64,000 bases of DNA from Bacillota bacterium. GTDB lineage: Bacteria; Bacillota; Sulfobacillia; DUSP01; JBFMCS01. The notes beneath the pieces are model-generated. The model ran no database searches. It was not told the origin of the DNA and was given only the letters and a program-made list of their open reading frames with translations. The number at the start of each line of letters is the position of its first letter. The stretch's first letter is position 1. Positions 19,302 through 29,153 of this stretch are shown piece by piece. Both the position numbers and the translations under genes were made by a program. The stretch lies in contig JBFMCS010000049.1 in the NCBI GenBank assembly GCA_040754315.1, forward strand, positions 8,347-72,346. The letters are read 5' to 3'.

Positions 19302-20261
19302 ATGATCATGAGCAAGGGCATGAGCCCCAAGAGAATAGTCATGGCGCTGGGGGGCAACGCCATACTACGGCCCGGCCAGGCAGGCACCTTTGAAGACCAG
19401 ATGGAGAACGTCCGTCGCACCTGCCGCCAGGTGGCCAGGGTTCTGAGGCAGGGACACGAGGTGGTCATCACCCACGGCAACGGGCCCCAGGTGGGAAACA
19501 TTCTCATCCAGAACGAGGCTGGCCGGGGTTCGGTCCCGCCCATGCCCCTGGATGTGTGCGGGGCCGAGAGCCAGGGTTTCATAGGCTACATGATCGAGCA
19601 GGGCATGACCGAGGCAATGGAGGAGGCCAGGATAAGGCGGGAGGTTGTGGCCATAATCACCAGGGTGGTGGTGGATGCGGGCGATCCCTCCTTCTTGAGA
19701 CCGTCAAAACCCGTTGGGCCCTTCTACACAGAGGAAGAGGCTCGCAGGTACATGGCAAAGAAGGGTGAGACCTGGAAGGAGGACGCTGGGCGGGGCTGGA
19801 GGAAGGTTGTACCGTCACCGGACCCAGCTGAGATAGTGGAGAGCGCCGCCATCCAGGTCATGGTAGAAGCCGGCTTCCTGGTAGTGGCCTGCGGCGGCGG
19901 CGGTATCCCTGTGGTGCGGGACGGCGGTTCCTACAGGGGTGTGGAGGCTGTCATCGACAAGGACCTGGCGGGACAGAGGCTGGCCACGGTCCTCAAGGCG
20001 AACCTCCTGGTGATACTCACTGACGTTCCCAGGGTTTGTCTCAACTACAGGACCCCGGATGAGGTCCAGGTGGCGCGTTTGACAGTAAAGGAGGCCAGGG
20101 AGTATCTCTCCCAGGGGCACTTCGGTTCGGGCAGCATGGAGCCGAAGGTGAGGGCGGCTGTAAGGTTCGTGGAGGCAGGGGGGGAAGGGGCTGTCATCTC
20201 CTCCCTGGACAAAGCGGTGGAGGCTATTTCGGGGTCCGAGGGCACCTGGATCACGGCATAG
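19302..20261 (+). CDS. arcC: Carbamate kinase
   Basis: RIVMALGGNAI N-terminus and an amino-acid kinase fold. The likely start is the second ATG at 19308. Confidence 0.85.
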   Translation: MIMSKGMSPKRIVMALGGNAILRPGQAGTFEDQMENVRRTCRQVARVLRQGHEVVITHGNGPQVGNILIQNEAGRGSVPPMPLDVCGAESQGFIGYMIEQGMTEAMEEARIRREVVAIITRVVVDAGDPSFLRPSKPVGPFYTEEEARRYMAKKGETWKEDAGRGWRKVVPSPDPAEIVESAAIQVMVEAGFLVVACGGGGIPVVRDGGSYRGVEAVIDKDLAGQRLATVLKANLLVILTDVPRVCLNYRTPDEVQVARLTVKEAREYLSQGHFGSGSMEPKVRAAVRFVEAGGEGAVISSLDKAVEAISGSEGTWITA

Positions 20262-20449
20262 GGTAGCTGGCTGGCCCATTTCCCCAGGACCCTGCTTTTG
20301 CCCCCTGCGTTTGCCCTACCCTCCGGGCAAGGCCCTGGTGATGCTGCCAGGCTTTCTTTCTGTGAAATTGTCATTGTTGAGAAACATTTCTCATCCGTAG
20401 GAAGGGATCCTGGCGCTCCCCGCCGAAACCTAAAGGGGGAGGTGATGTC

Positions 20450-22261
20450 ATGTCATGCCTCCGGCAGGTGGGATCAAAGGTTCAACGCTTCGCTGAGGCC
20501 GTGGCGTCCGCCCTCAAGGTAGAGGTGGAAATCCTGGATGACCAGCTCTACCGCCTAGGTGCTACCGGGCGCGTCAGGGGTCTTCTCAGGGTTAAGCAGA
20601 AGCGGGGCTTCGTCAACAGCCATGTGCTGGCCACCGGCCAGCCTTTCACCTTTTCCCGCCCCGGGGAACACCGGGTATGCGATCCCTGCGATGCCAGGGG
20701 AGACTGTATCTACACCGCAGGCCTCTTTTGCCCCATCATCTATGACGGCAAGAGCGTTGGCGTCATGAGTCTCATAGGCTTTGACGAGGCGCAGCGGGAC
20801 ATCATCCTGGGGAACGAGGTCAGCTACCTCGACTTCATGGCACGGATGTGCGATCTCCTGGCCACCATGGTCTCTGAGCATCATGCCATGAGGGAGCTGG
20901 AGAGAGCCTCCCAGCAGCTGGACACGGCAATCAACGCCGTGAGCGAGGGCATCGTGTCCGTGGACGAGCGGGGAACAGTTACCTGCTTCAACAAGGCTGC
21001 GGGGAGGATCCTGGGTTTGGCTTCCGGTGACTTGCTGGGACGGCCCCTGGGGGAGATCTTGCCCAGCTCCCTGGCCTTGGAGAGCCTGGGAACGGGGGCT
21101 TCCTTGGCTGGCAGGGAGGTAACATACAACGCTGGTGGAAGGCCAGCTACCCTCCTGTCCGCCGCCTATCCACTGAAGGCTGGAGGGAGGACCATCGGCG
21201 CAGTGGAGTCCTTCAGCGAGGTCCTGAGCATACTCCGGGCGGCCTCCCGTATGACCACGGCACATGGGGTCACGCGCTTTGAGGACATAAAGGGGTGCAG
21301 CCGGGGGCTCAGCGAGGTGAAGGAGAAGGCTCTCATAGTAGCGGCGGGGAGTTCCACGGTGTTGCTCCAGGGGGAGAGCGGTACGGGAAAGGAACTCTTC
21401 GCCAGGGCCATCCACGAGGCCAGCCCCAGGAGGAAGGAGCCATTCCAGGTCATCAATTGCAGTGCCATCCCGGAGTCCTTGCTGGAGAGCGAGCTCTTCG
21501 GCTATGAGGAGGGGGCCTTCACCGGTGCCAGGCACGGGGGCAAACCCGGGAAGCTGGAGCTAGCCAATGGCGGGACGCTGTTCCTGGACGAGGTGGGGGA
21601 GATGCCCATCCACCTTCAGCCCAAGATGCTCCGGGTTCTCCAGGAGCGCTGTGTTGAGCGGGTTGGCTCCACCAAGCCCACGTCCATCGACGTAAGGATC
21701 ATAGCGGCTACCAACGCGCTTCTTGAGGAAAGGGTCAAGGAGGGCCTCTTCCGGGCGGACCTCTTCTATCGCCTAAACGTAATACCACTGCACATACCGC
21801 CCCTGAGGGATCGGCCAGAAGACATCCACGTGCTCCTGGAGCACTTCCTCTCCCGCTACTCCCAGCTTCTAGGCAAGCCAATCAGGGGCTTGTCGGAGGA
21901 GGCAAAGGGGGTTCTCACGGCCTACCACTGGCCTGGAAACGTGCGTGAACTCCAGAACGTGATGGAATATGCAGTGAACTTCGAGAAGTCCAGAGTGCTC
22001 CAGGTATCGAGCCTCCCCAGCCAGGTAAAGGGGTGCCGTGTGGAGGAAGCGGGCGCCTCAGTGAGGGAGCGCCTGGCCCGGGCCGAGAGGGACCTTCTCC
22101 TGGAGGCACTCAGAGGCCAGCCGGACAGCGTGGAGGGCAAACGAAGGGTGGCCAGGTCCATGGGGATCAGCCTGTCCACCCTCTACAGGATGATGAAGCG
22201 ACTCGGCGTGCCCGGGCATGAGGGGCACCCGGGAGACAAGCCCCCCGGTGCCGCCGCCTAG
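20450..22261 (+). CDS. Sigma-54-dependent transcriptional activator (Cys-rich sensory N-domain, PAS, AAA+ sigma-54 interaction domain, Fis-type HTH)
   Basis: [15 protein letters not shown] Walker A, a GAFTGA-like segment and a C-terminal HTH. Confidence 0.85.
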   Translation: MSCLRQVGSKVQRFAEAVASALKVEVEILDDQLYRLGATGRVRGLLRVKQKRGFVNSHVLATGQPFTFSRPGEHRVCDPCDARGDCIYTAGLFCPIIYDGKSVGVMSLIGFDEAQRDIILGNEVSYLDFMARMCDLLATMVSEHHAMRELERASQQLDTAINAVSEGIVSVDERGTVTCFNKAAGRILGLASGDLLGRPLGEILPSSLALESLGTGASLAGREVTYNAGGRPATLLSAAYPLKAGGRTIGAVESFSEVLSILRAASRMTTAHGVTRFEDIKGCSRGLSEVKEKALIVAAGSSTVLLQGESGTGKELFARAIHEASPRRKEPFQVINCSAIPESLLESELFGYEEGAFTGARHGGKPGKLELANGGTLFLDEVGEMPIHLQPKMLRVLQERCVERVGSTKPTSIDVRIIAATNALLEERVKEGLFRADLFYRLNVIPLHIPPLRDRPEDIHVLLEHFLSRYSQLLGKPIRGLSEEAKGVLTAYHWPGNVRELQNVMEYAVNFEKSRVLQVSSLPSQVKGCRVEEAGASVRERLARAERDLLLEALRGQPDSVEGKRRVARSMGISLSTLYRMMKRLGVPGHEGHPGDKPPGAAA

Positions 22262-22265
22262 ACTG

Positions 22266-23393
22266 TCAGGCTGGGTGGGTGCTCTCTATGACGTCTATCC
22301 CCGCCTGGGACAGGCGGGCAAAGAACTCGTCCACAGGGACCACCTGTTCCGGAGCGAAGACACCCCGCTCGGATATCCTACACTCCCCTATCAACTCCAT
22401 GACGATGGCCGCGGGATAGCCCGTCCACCTGGCGGTGGCCCTCAAGGAGCGCCCGGGGTCGCTCACCACCAGTGTCTCGTAGCGTTTCTCCAGCCGCCGG
22501 CCTCCCTGGGTTCCCAGAACGGAAACCCTGAGGGACTTGTTCTCGTCCATGCCTGTGGCCTCCGGGAACCGGCCCAGGTGCCTGTAGGTGAACTCCTTGG
22601 GGGTGACCATCCTTCCCTGGATCTCGACGGGGTCATCATTGAGGAATCCCAAGGTCACCAGGGAATCCATCATTGCAAGGAGCGCGGGGGCGAAGGCCAC
22701 CCGGAAGGTCACCGTCTTCACGCCCTCAATGTGAAGGGGGAGGGTGGCAATTTCGGAGTGGATGGAGTAGAAGCCCTCCACCTCACCCACGGGTTCCGGG
22801 AGGGTGTAACGCTGGCGCCCGCTCAGCGGCTCGACGGTCTTGAACCGGCCGTCTTCGAATATCACAGGGTCCATTGTGACCTCATCCAGGATGGTCGCTG
22901 CGCTGTAAGCGAAGCCCTTGCCACCCCGTGCGCCAGTGCGTATGTGGATTTCCTCCACCGTGTCCAGGGCGCCAGCGCCCTTCCTGGCCGCCATATTGGT
23001 GATGCCGGGGCTGGCGCCTACGCAAAGGACCGCGGTGAGGCCTGCGTCCCGGAACTGCCCGTCAAGCTTCACCTGCTCCTTTGTGAAATGGTACAGACCC
23101 CCCAGGTCAACGTAGTGGGTGCCCGACGCCAGGCAGGACTCCATTACACGGAGGTTGAGTCTATAGACTGCGGCGTTGGCTACTACGTCAACGCCCTTCA
23201 TGACCTCTGCGGTGCCCTCCACATCGGAGGCATCTACACGGAGTGCCTTGAGCTTGGGGCTCCCCAGAGCCCCCACCACCTCCAAGGCCATCTCGTGGTT
23301 GATGTCCGCCACCAAGACCTCGGAGACTGAAGGCGAGTCCGCCAGGTGACGTATTATTGCCCTTGCCATCGCCCCGCTTCCGCCCAGGACCAT
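22266..23393 (-). CDS. Saccharopine dehydrogenase NADP-binding family protein (lysine / carboxynorspermidine dehydrogenase-like)
   Basis: MVLGGSGAMARAI Rossmann motif and a Sacchrp_dh_NADP-type body. The track ORF extends to 23441. Confidence 0.65.
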   Translation of the reverse strand: MVLGGSGAMARAIIRHLADSPSVSEVLVADINHEMALEVVGALGSPKLKALRVDASDVEGTAEVMKGVDVVANAAVYRLNLRVMESCLASGTHYVDLGGLYHFTKEQVKLDGQFRDAGLTAVLCVGASPGITNMAARKGAGALDTVEEIHIRTGARGGKGFAYSAATILDEVTMDPVIFEDGRFKTVEPLSGRQRYTLPEPVGEVEGFYSIHSEIATLPLHIEGVKTVTFRVAFAPALLAMMDSLVTLGFLNDDPVEIQGRMVTPKEFTYRHLGRFPEATGMDENKSLRVSVLGTQGGRRLEKRYETLVVSDPGRSLRATARWTGYPAAIVMELIGECRISERGVFAPEQVVPVDEFFARLSQAGIDVIESTHPA

Positions 23394-23505
23394 AGTCCTC
23401 ACGTTTAGATCCTCCCTTGGCTGTGATAGGTGCTGTTCCATCTAGGCCGGCTCATAACGTGACGGCTTCCCTTCCCCCCTTGCCCCTGCATGGGAGATAG
23501 GTTGC

Positions 23506-24162
23506 CTACCCCCGGGCGAACATGAGCCCTGAGTAGACAAAGTAGAGAGCCAGCAGCATGAGGGCTCCTCCCAGTACGATGAGCAGGCCGCTGTACAGGC
23601 GGTCCGGGATGATCTTGCGCCCGAAGGTGACAGCGGCCGACACCGTCATGAACCACGCGAAGTCCGCCCAGATGTGCCCGAGGTAGAACGCTGCCACGGG
23701 CAGGGGCCTTCCCCCTCCCCAGGCAAAAAGGTAGGTGGTGCCCACGGTGGCCCACCACAGGAGCCAGTAGGGGTTCGCCACGGACACCAGGGCGCCTGAA
23801 AGAGACACCTTCCACCAGGGATAGACAGTGCCCGGCACCTCTCCAGGGTTCTGGAGCCCGGACAGGGAGGGGCTCTTAAGCGCCTGGGCTATCATGCCCC
23901 ATCCCATGTAAAGGAGGATTGCCCCGCCCCCGGTAGCCACCGCTGCCATCACTCCGGGGCTTGAAGCCAGCGAGGCCAGGCCCAGGACGAAGGCAATGAC
24001 CGCTACCATTTCCACCATTGCATGGCCAAAGGTGGCGAAGAAGCCACCCCTGAGGCCCGCCGTGGCGCTCTTCTGTATGGTAAGGGTGAGCAGGGGCCCG
24101 GGCATAATGGCGCCGGAAAGGCCCAACAAGAAGGAACTAGCCGCGATACCTATAATGGACAT
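23506..24162 (-). CDS. LysE/RhtB-family amino-acid exporter
   Basis: About 210 aa with 6 TM helices and a LysE-type N-terminus. Confidence 0.7.
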   Translation of the reverse strand: MSIIGIAASSFLLGLSGAIMPGPLLTLTIQKSATAGLRGGFFATFGHAMVEMVAVIAFVLGLASLASSPGVMAAVATGGGAILLYMGWGMIAQALKSPSLSGLQNPGEVPGTVYPWWKVSLSGALVSVANPYWLLWWATVGTTYLFAWGGGRPLPVAAFYLGHIWADFAWFMTVSAAVTFGRKIIPDRLYSGLLIVLGGALMLLALYFVYSGLMFARG

Positions 24163-24295
24163 GGTGAGGGATTTCTACGCCCCGGGCACCGGCCCCTTCA
24201 TCCTTGCGGCGAGGCTTCTCAAGGCTGACAAGGGCCGTGAGGGGTAAGGCCCTAGAGGGCTAGCGCTACCTGGATCCCTCTACAGGCTTAGCCGG

Positions 24296-24311
24296 TGGTA
24301 CGGTTCTTGCA
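24296..24311 (+). promoter_or_regulatory. Sigma-54 (-24/-12) promoter TGGTAC-N5-TTGCA upstream of the MttB-family gene
   Basis: TGGTACGGTTCTTGCA matches the TGGCAC-N5-TTGCW consensus at 15 of 16 positions. It sits about 45 nt upstream of the MttB start. Confidence 0.6.
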
Positions 24312-24355
24312 CCGCAAATTGCCACCGCAGGCGCGGTGGACATGAATCCAAGGGG

Positions 24356-25807
24356 GTGCCCTTTGTGGGCCTAAGGGGTATGCCAGGCGGCAGTTACAGG
24401 GTCTTGAGCGACGGGGACATCCAGAAGATCCACGATTGTTCCATGAAACTCTTCGAGGAGGTAGGCATCGCTGTACACAACAAGAGGGCCCTGGAGCTCT
24501 TCCACCAGCACGGGGCGGAGGTGGACTGGAAGAGGCGAGTCTTCTTCGCCTCAAGGGACTGGGTGATGTCCAAGGTTGGGATGGCCCCCTCCTCCATTAC
24601 CCTGTGTGGCAGGGAGGAAGCCCAAGACCTGGTGATCGAGGACACCAAGACCTACCTGGGAACAGGCGGCACCGCCCTGAACGTGCTGGACATGGAGACC
24701 CACAAGAGGAGGCCCTCCACCCTGCAGGATATAAGGGATGCGGCTCGCCTGGTCGATCACCTGGAGAACATCCACTTCTTTGTGCTGCCCTTGTACCCTC
24801 ACGACGTGCCCGAAGAGAAGGTGGATGTCAACCGTTTCTGGGCTGGGCTTAGCCACACATCCAAACATGTGATGGGCGGGGTCTATACGAAGGAGGGGGT
24901 CCAGGATACCATCCGCATGGCAGAGGTCATCGCCGGCGGCCGGGAGGCACTTCGGAAGAGGCCTTTCATCTCCATGATCACCTGCGTGGTCAGCCCCCTG
25001 AAGATCGACGACACCTATGGGGAGCTTTTGATGACAGTAGCTGAGCAGGGAATACCCCTGGCCATCCCCACGGAGCCCCTGGCAGGATCAACCTCCCCTG
25101 TGACGCTGGCAGGGAATGTCGCCCAGCTCAACACAGAGGCCCTGGCCGGTCTCATCCTGGCCCAGCTGGTCAATCCTGGTACCCCAGTCCTTTACGGGTC
25201 TGTTGCCACCATCAACGATATGCGGCAGATGGCCTACCTTTCCGGGGCTGTTGAGATGGGGCTCATTAACGCTGCTGCCGCGCAGATGGCTCAGTTCTAC
25301 CGGGTCCCCTTCTACGCTACGGCGGGTATGTCCGATTCCAAGCTGCCGGACATCCAGTCAGGTTACGAAAGGGCCATGACCGCCGTCATGGTAGCCCTGG
25401 CGGGCGCCAACTACATCCACGATGCCGCAGGCCTTCTGGAATTCGCTATGACTGTCTCCTTTGAGCAGTACGTGATAGATAACGACATCATCGGCATGGT
25501 CATGAGGGCGGTGAAGGGCATCGATGTTAATGACGAGACCCTGGCCTTTGACGTCATGAAGAAGGTGGGTCCAGGGGGCAACTTCATGTCTGAGAAGCAC
25601 ACGGTCCGGTACATGCGGAAGGAGTTCTTCTACCCCTGCCTGGCAGACCGGAACAACCGGGATGCGTGGGAGGCTATGGGGGCCAGGGACGCCTGCCGCA
25701 GGGCCAGGAAGGAGGCCAGGAGAATACTGGCTACGCACAAGCCGTTGCCTGTGGCGGACGAGGCGGTCAAGGAGATCAGGTCCAGTATCGACGGGATCGT
25801 CGTCTGA
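24356..25807 (+). CDS. MttB-superfamily corrinoid-dependent methyltransferase (trimethylamine methyltransferase-like, non-pyrrolysine)
   Basis: Full-length MttB-family sequence (DIQKIHD ... TIM-barrel body) with no in-frame amber codon. Alternative ATG at 24380. Confidence 0.8.
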   Translation: MPFVGLRGMPGGSYRVLSDGDIQKIHDCSMKLFEEVGIAVHNKRALELFHQHGAEVDWKRRVFFASRDWVMSKVGMAPSSITLCGREEAQDLVIEDTKTYLGTGGTALNVLDMETHKRRPSTLQDIRDAARLVDHLENIHFFVLPLYPHDVPEEKVDVNRFWAGLSHTSKHVMGGVYTKEGVQDTIRMAEVIAGGREALRKRPFISMITCVVSPLKIDDTYGELLMTVAEQGIPLAIPTEPLAGSTSPVTLAGNVAQLNTEALAGLILAQLVNPGTPVLYGSVATINDMRQMAYLSGAVEMGLINAAAAQMAQFYRVPFYATAGMSDSKLPDIQSGYERAMTAVMVALAGANYIHDAAGLLEFAMTVSFEQYVIDNDIIGMVMRAVKGIDVNDETLAFDVMKKVGPGGNFMSEKHTVRYMRKEFFYPCLADRNNRDAWEAMGARDACRRARKEARRILATHKPLPVADEAVKEIRSSIDGIVV

Positions 25808-25821
25808 AGGAGGAAGAACAT

Positions 25822-26469
25822 GTGAGGGACCATCTGGAACAGATAACCACCGCTGTCATCGACGGCGAAGAGGAGATCGTGGCTAGACTCGTCCAGAAGG
25901 CTGTCGACCAGGGTGTGAGCCCCAAGGAGATCGTCAACGGTGGGCTTGTACGCGGTATGGATCTGGTGGGCGCTCGGTTCAAGGCGGGGGAATTCTTCGT
26001 CCCTGAGGTGCTCATTGCGGCTAAGGCGATGTCCTGCGGCCTCTTTATCCTGAAGCCCTTGCTCGCGGAGGGGGATGTGCCCCGGGCAGGCAAGGTTGTC
26101 ATCGGCACGGTCAAGGGCGACCTTCACGACATCGGGAAGAACCTGGTGGCCATGATGCTGGAGGGCTCGGGCTTCGAGGTGGTGGACCTCGGGATAGACG
26201 TGTCGGCGGAGGAGTTTGCCAAGGCGGTCAGGGTGCACGAGCCCGACATACTGGGGATGTCAGCGCTTCTCACAACTACTATGTCCTATGCCAGGGATGT
26301 GCTAGACCTCCTTAAGGAGGAGGGCCTGAGGAGCAAGGTAGTGGTGTTCGTCGGGGGTGCCCCGGTAACACAGCAGTACGCCTACAGCATAGGGGCGGAT
26401 GGGTATTCCCCTGACGCGGCGGGTGCCGTGGAGATGGCCAAGGCCACCATGCGCAAGCGTTCCAAGTGA
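25822..26469 (+). CDS. Corrinoid (B12-binding) protein, MtbC/MttC-like
   Basis: B12-binding_2 helical cap plus a DxHxxG motif (DLHDIGKN) in a Rossmann domain. GTG start after GAAGGAGGAAG. Confidence 0.8.
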   Translation: MRDHLEQITTAVIDGEEEIVARLVQKAVDQGVSPKEIVNGGLVRGMDLVGARFKAGEFFVPEVLIAAKAMSCGLFILKPLLAEGDVPRAGKVVIGTVKGDLHDIGKNLVAMMLEGSGFEVVDLGIDVSAEEFAKAVRVHEPDILGMSALLTTTMSYARDVLDLLKEEGLRSKVVVFVGGAPVTQQYAYSIGADGYSPDAAGAVEMAKATMRKRSK

Positions 26470-26626
26470 AGGAAAGTGGTGGGGGCCCTCGGTGACGAGG
26501 GCCTCAGGTTCTCAGGACAAAGTCCATGTCGAAATCTGGATGCATTGTCCCGACGCGTGGCATTGAACCCGCCCCTACCTGCGTGTTTCGAGAGTGTGGG
26601 GGGTCCGCATCTCCCAGAGGTGAATC

Positions 26627-27031
26627 TCAGATTTCCTGGCCGGCTATCTCCCACGAGGTCACGACCAGAATGCCAGGGTGAAGGCAGTGGCGGACCGTGC
26701 AGTACTTGCCAGCCAGCTCCAGGGCCCTGTCAAGCCTGCCTGGGGGGAAGGGCCCTCCCTCAAGCTGGTAGACTACATCTATCTCAGAGAAGCACGCCTC
26801 GGGTTTCTCAGGTCGCGTCGCCCGGACCTTCACCCTCATGCCGGTGACAGGGAGCGCCATCTTCCCCAGGATATCCAGGAGGGTCATGGCGCCGCAGGAT
26901 GCCAAGGCTTCAAGAAGCAGGTGGGTGGGCCAGGGTTTGTCCTGGCTCACGAAGGTGGGTCCTGCTCCGTCCACCAGGGCGTTGAAGTCCCTGTTCCCCA
27001 GCCACTCCAAGCTGAGCGTGTAGTCTTTCAC
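26627..27031 (-). CDS. OsmC/Ohr-family peroxiredoxin-like protein
   Basis: 134 aa with a conserved Cys pair (ALASCG ... CTVRHC). Confidence 0.65.
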   Translation of the reverse strand: MKDYTLSLEWLGNRDFNALVDGAGPTFVSQDKPWPTHLLLEALASCGAMTLLDILGKMALPVTGMRVKVRATRPEKPEACFSEIDVVYQLEGGPFPPGRLDRALELAGKYCTVRHCLHPGILVVTSWEIAGQEI

Positions 27032-27179
27032 GTGTTAACCTCCCTTAGGACTTCTTTCTGGATGTTTCTCCAGGCCGTTCCGGTTTTCCTCGATCCGGTG
27101 CCGCAGCCTGGCATTGGCCCTGGCTGGCTTGGGAACGCCGGGTAGCGGGAATATTAGAACGGGAGGACCAAGGGGGGAG

Positions 27180-28058
27180 ATGGCCTTGCGGGAAACCCGG
27201 CAAGACAGGAAGGAAAGGCTCAGAAGACGGGCACGGAGTGCCATGGCGAGGCTCGCCCTGGTGGGCACTATCTTGATCCTGGTAACGATACCTGTGGGTC
27301 TCCTGGCCCACTTCTACCTGCCTCCCTTCCTCACGGAGGAGATGCCGCGGCCTGAGCTCCCACGCCTGGAGCCGTTCACCCCACCGCTGGAAGGGGGGCC
27401 CGAGGGCGAGAACCGCGGTGTTCAGCCTCCCATTCCCCTGCCGGACGGGGTGGTGACACGCCTGGACACGGCAGAGCCCGTAGTAGCGCTGACCTTCGAC
27501 GACGGCCCGGACCCCCTCTTCACTCCAAGGCTCCTGGAAATCCTGCGCGGTGAGGGCGTTGCCGCCACCTTTTTCGTCATCGCCAACAGGGCTGCGGCCC
27601 GTCCCGATCTGGTCAGGCAGATGCTTGCCGACGGCCATGAAGTGGGGAACCACACCCTCTCCCACGGCCGCCTCACGGACCTGCCCGAGCTAGTGGTGAG
27701 GCACGAGATCCTTGAGGCCCAGCGAGTACTGGAGACTATCACCGGTGAAAGGGCAAGGCTATTCCGTCCCCCCTACGGAAGGATCAACGAGTCGATCTTC
27801 CGGATGGCCAAGGAGGAGGCGGGTCTGACCACTGTCATGTGGTCGGTGGACAGCCGCGACTGGGAAGGCATCAGCGCCCGGGAGATCAGGGAGAAGGTGC
27901 TTGCCAACTTAGCGCCGGGTTCCATCATCCTCATGCACTGCGCTGGGGGAGTATCGGAGGGCTTCACATCCACCCTGGAGGCCTTGCCTTCCATCCTGGA
28001 GGCCCTGAGGTCCAGGGGTTACCGCCCAGTGACCCTGGGCAATGCCCTGGGCGGGTAG
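27180..28058 (+). CDS. Polysaccharide deacetylase (NodB-homology domain), membrane-anchored
   Basis: TFDDGP and HTLSH motifs. N-terminal TM anchor. Confidence 0.8.
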   Translation: MALRETRQDRKERLRRRARSAMARLALVGTILILVTIPVGLLAHFYLPPFLTEEMPRPELPRLEPFTPPLEGGPEGENRGVQPPIPLPDGVVTRLDTAEPVVALTFDDGPDPLFTPRLLEILRGEGVAATFFVIANRAAARPDLVRQMLADGHEVGNHTLSHGRLTDLPELVVRHEILEAQRVLETITGERARLFRPPYGRINESIFRMAKEEAGLTTVMWSVDSRDWEGISAREIREKVLANLAPGSIILMHCAGGVSEGFTSTLEALPSILEALRSRGYRPVTLGNALGG

Positions 28059-28094
28059 GCCCGGAGGGCTAGCCAGGCTTGCCTTGGCATAGGT

Positions 28095-28379
28095 ATGTGG
28101 TGGAGTACAGTCCAGGGGAGGAGGTTGGGGGAGGTGGATGCGGAGGTATTCGGCGTCTCAGCGGTGCTGGTGGTCATGGGTCTTGTGCAGCTGGCGAAGA
28201 ACCTCGGTCTTTCCCCAAGGTATGCAGGGGTCCTGGCGGTCCTCATAGGTGTTGTGGGGAGCCTGGGCTATACCTACCAGGCCGATGCGCCGTGGCTGCA
28301 GGCGGTGTACGTGGGTGCCGCCATAGGATTGAGCGCTGCCGGTCTCTACTCGGGGGCCAAGGCAGTCATGGGCAAGTAG
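28095..28379 (+). CDS. Holin-like small membrane protein (phage holin family 1 / phi-LC3-XhlB-like)
   Basis: About 80 aa with two TM helices and a GLSP motif. The likely start is GTG 28134 after GGGGAGGAGG. Confidence 0.4.
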   Translation: MWWSTVQGRRLGEVDAEVFGVSAVLVVMGLVQLAKNLGLSPRYAGVLAVLIGVVGSLGYTYQADAPWLQAVYVGAAIGLSAAGLYSGAKAVMGK

Positions 28380-28397
28380 CGGGAACAAAAAGCCGGG

Positions 28398-29153
28398 ATG
28401 AACGTCCAGCAGTTGCAGGGGGAACATGTCCCTGTATCCTGCTGGAGGTGGAGTCCTGTGAGGGGATGGCAGGTCCTCCTTGCCCTGGCATATGTCCTTC
28501 TGCTTGCCGGGTGTTCCCAGGCAACGCCTGAAATGGCTGGGCCCGAGGCCCCAGGGGGGGATCCCCTGGAGCCAGGGATTTCACCTGTTGAGGCAATTCC
28601 CGAGAACGAGCGGAGCCCCCACGACTGGATCGTTGTGGGGGCCCGGGAAGAGGTGAGGAGGCGCACCCGGTACGACTCGGCCTACGTGGTCCTGGCCTAT
28701 CCAGGCGGAGATGTGGAGCTGGGCAGGGGTGCCTGCACCGATGTGGTGGTCCGTGCCCTCAGGCAGGCAGGGTACGACCTGCAGGTGCTCATTCACGAGG
28801 ACATGAGAGACAACTGGGACCTTTACCCCAAGAACTGGGGCCTGGCATCACCCGACCCCAGCATCGATCACCGCAGGGTGCCAAACCAGATAGTGTTCTT
28901 CCAGCGCCACGGCCAGGCCTTGACCACCAGCACACGCCCGGAGGACCTGTTCCACTGGCGGTGGGGCGACATTGTGTACTGGCGATTCCCCAGCGGCCAG
29001 GACCACTGCGGTGTGGTGAGCGACCGGGTGGGCCCCAGTGGGCTGCCCCTGGTCATCCACAACGCAGGCATTGCCATGGAGGAGGATTGTCTCACGCGCT
29101 GGGAGATCACTGGGCACTTCCGTTATCCCCCTGAGTCTCCACGGGAAGAGTGA
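28398..29153 (+). CDS. DUF1287-domain lipoprotein (YijF-like)
   Basis: GACTDVVVRALRQAGYDLQ ... HEDM ... WGL ... IDHRRVPN motifs. The likely start is GTG 28458, which gives a VRGWQVLLALAYVLLLAGC lipoprotein signal. Confidence 0.55.
   Translation: MNVQQLQGEHVPVSCWRWSPVRGWQVLLALAYVLLLAGCSQATPEMAGPEAPGGDPLEPGISPVEAIPENERSPHDWIVVGAREEVRRRTRYDSAYVVLAYPGGDVELGRGACTDVVVRALRQAGYDLQVLIHEDMRDNWDLYPKNWGLASPDPSIDHRRVPNQIVFFQRHGQALTTSTRPEDLFHWRWGDIVYWRFPSGQDHCGVVSDRVGPSGLPLVIHNAGIAMEEDCLTRWEITGHFRYPPESPREE

Noticed and set aside
24356-25807. Possible pyrrolysine (in-frame UAG) in the MttB genes.
   Set aside because: Both MttB-family ORFs are uninterrupted to a normal stop. No internal TAG is seen, so these are non-Pyl members.
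28095-29153. Prophage lysis cassette (holin plus endolysin).
   Set aside because: The partner is DUF1287, not a recognisable endolysin. No other phage genes are within 10 kb.
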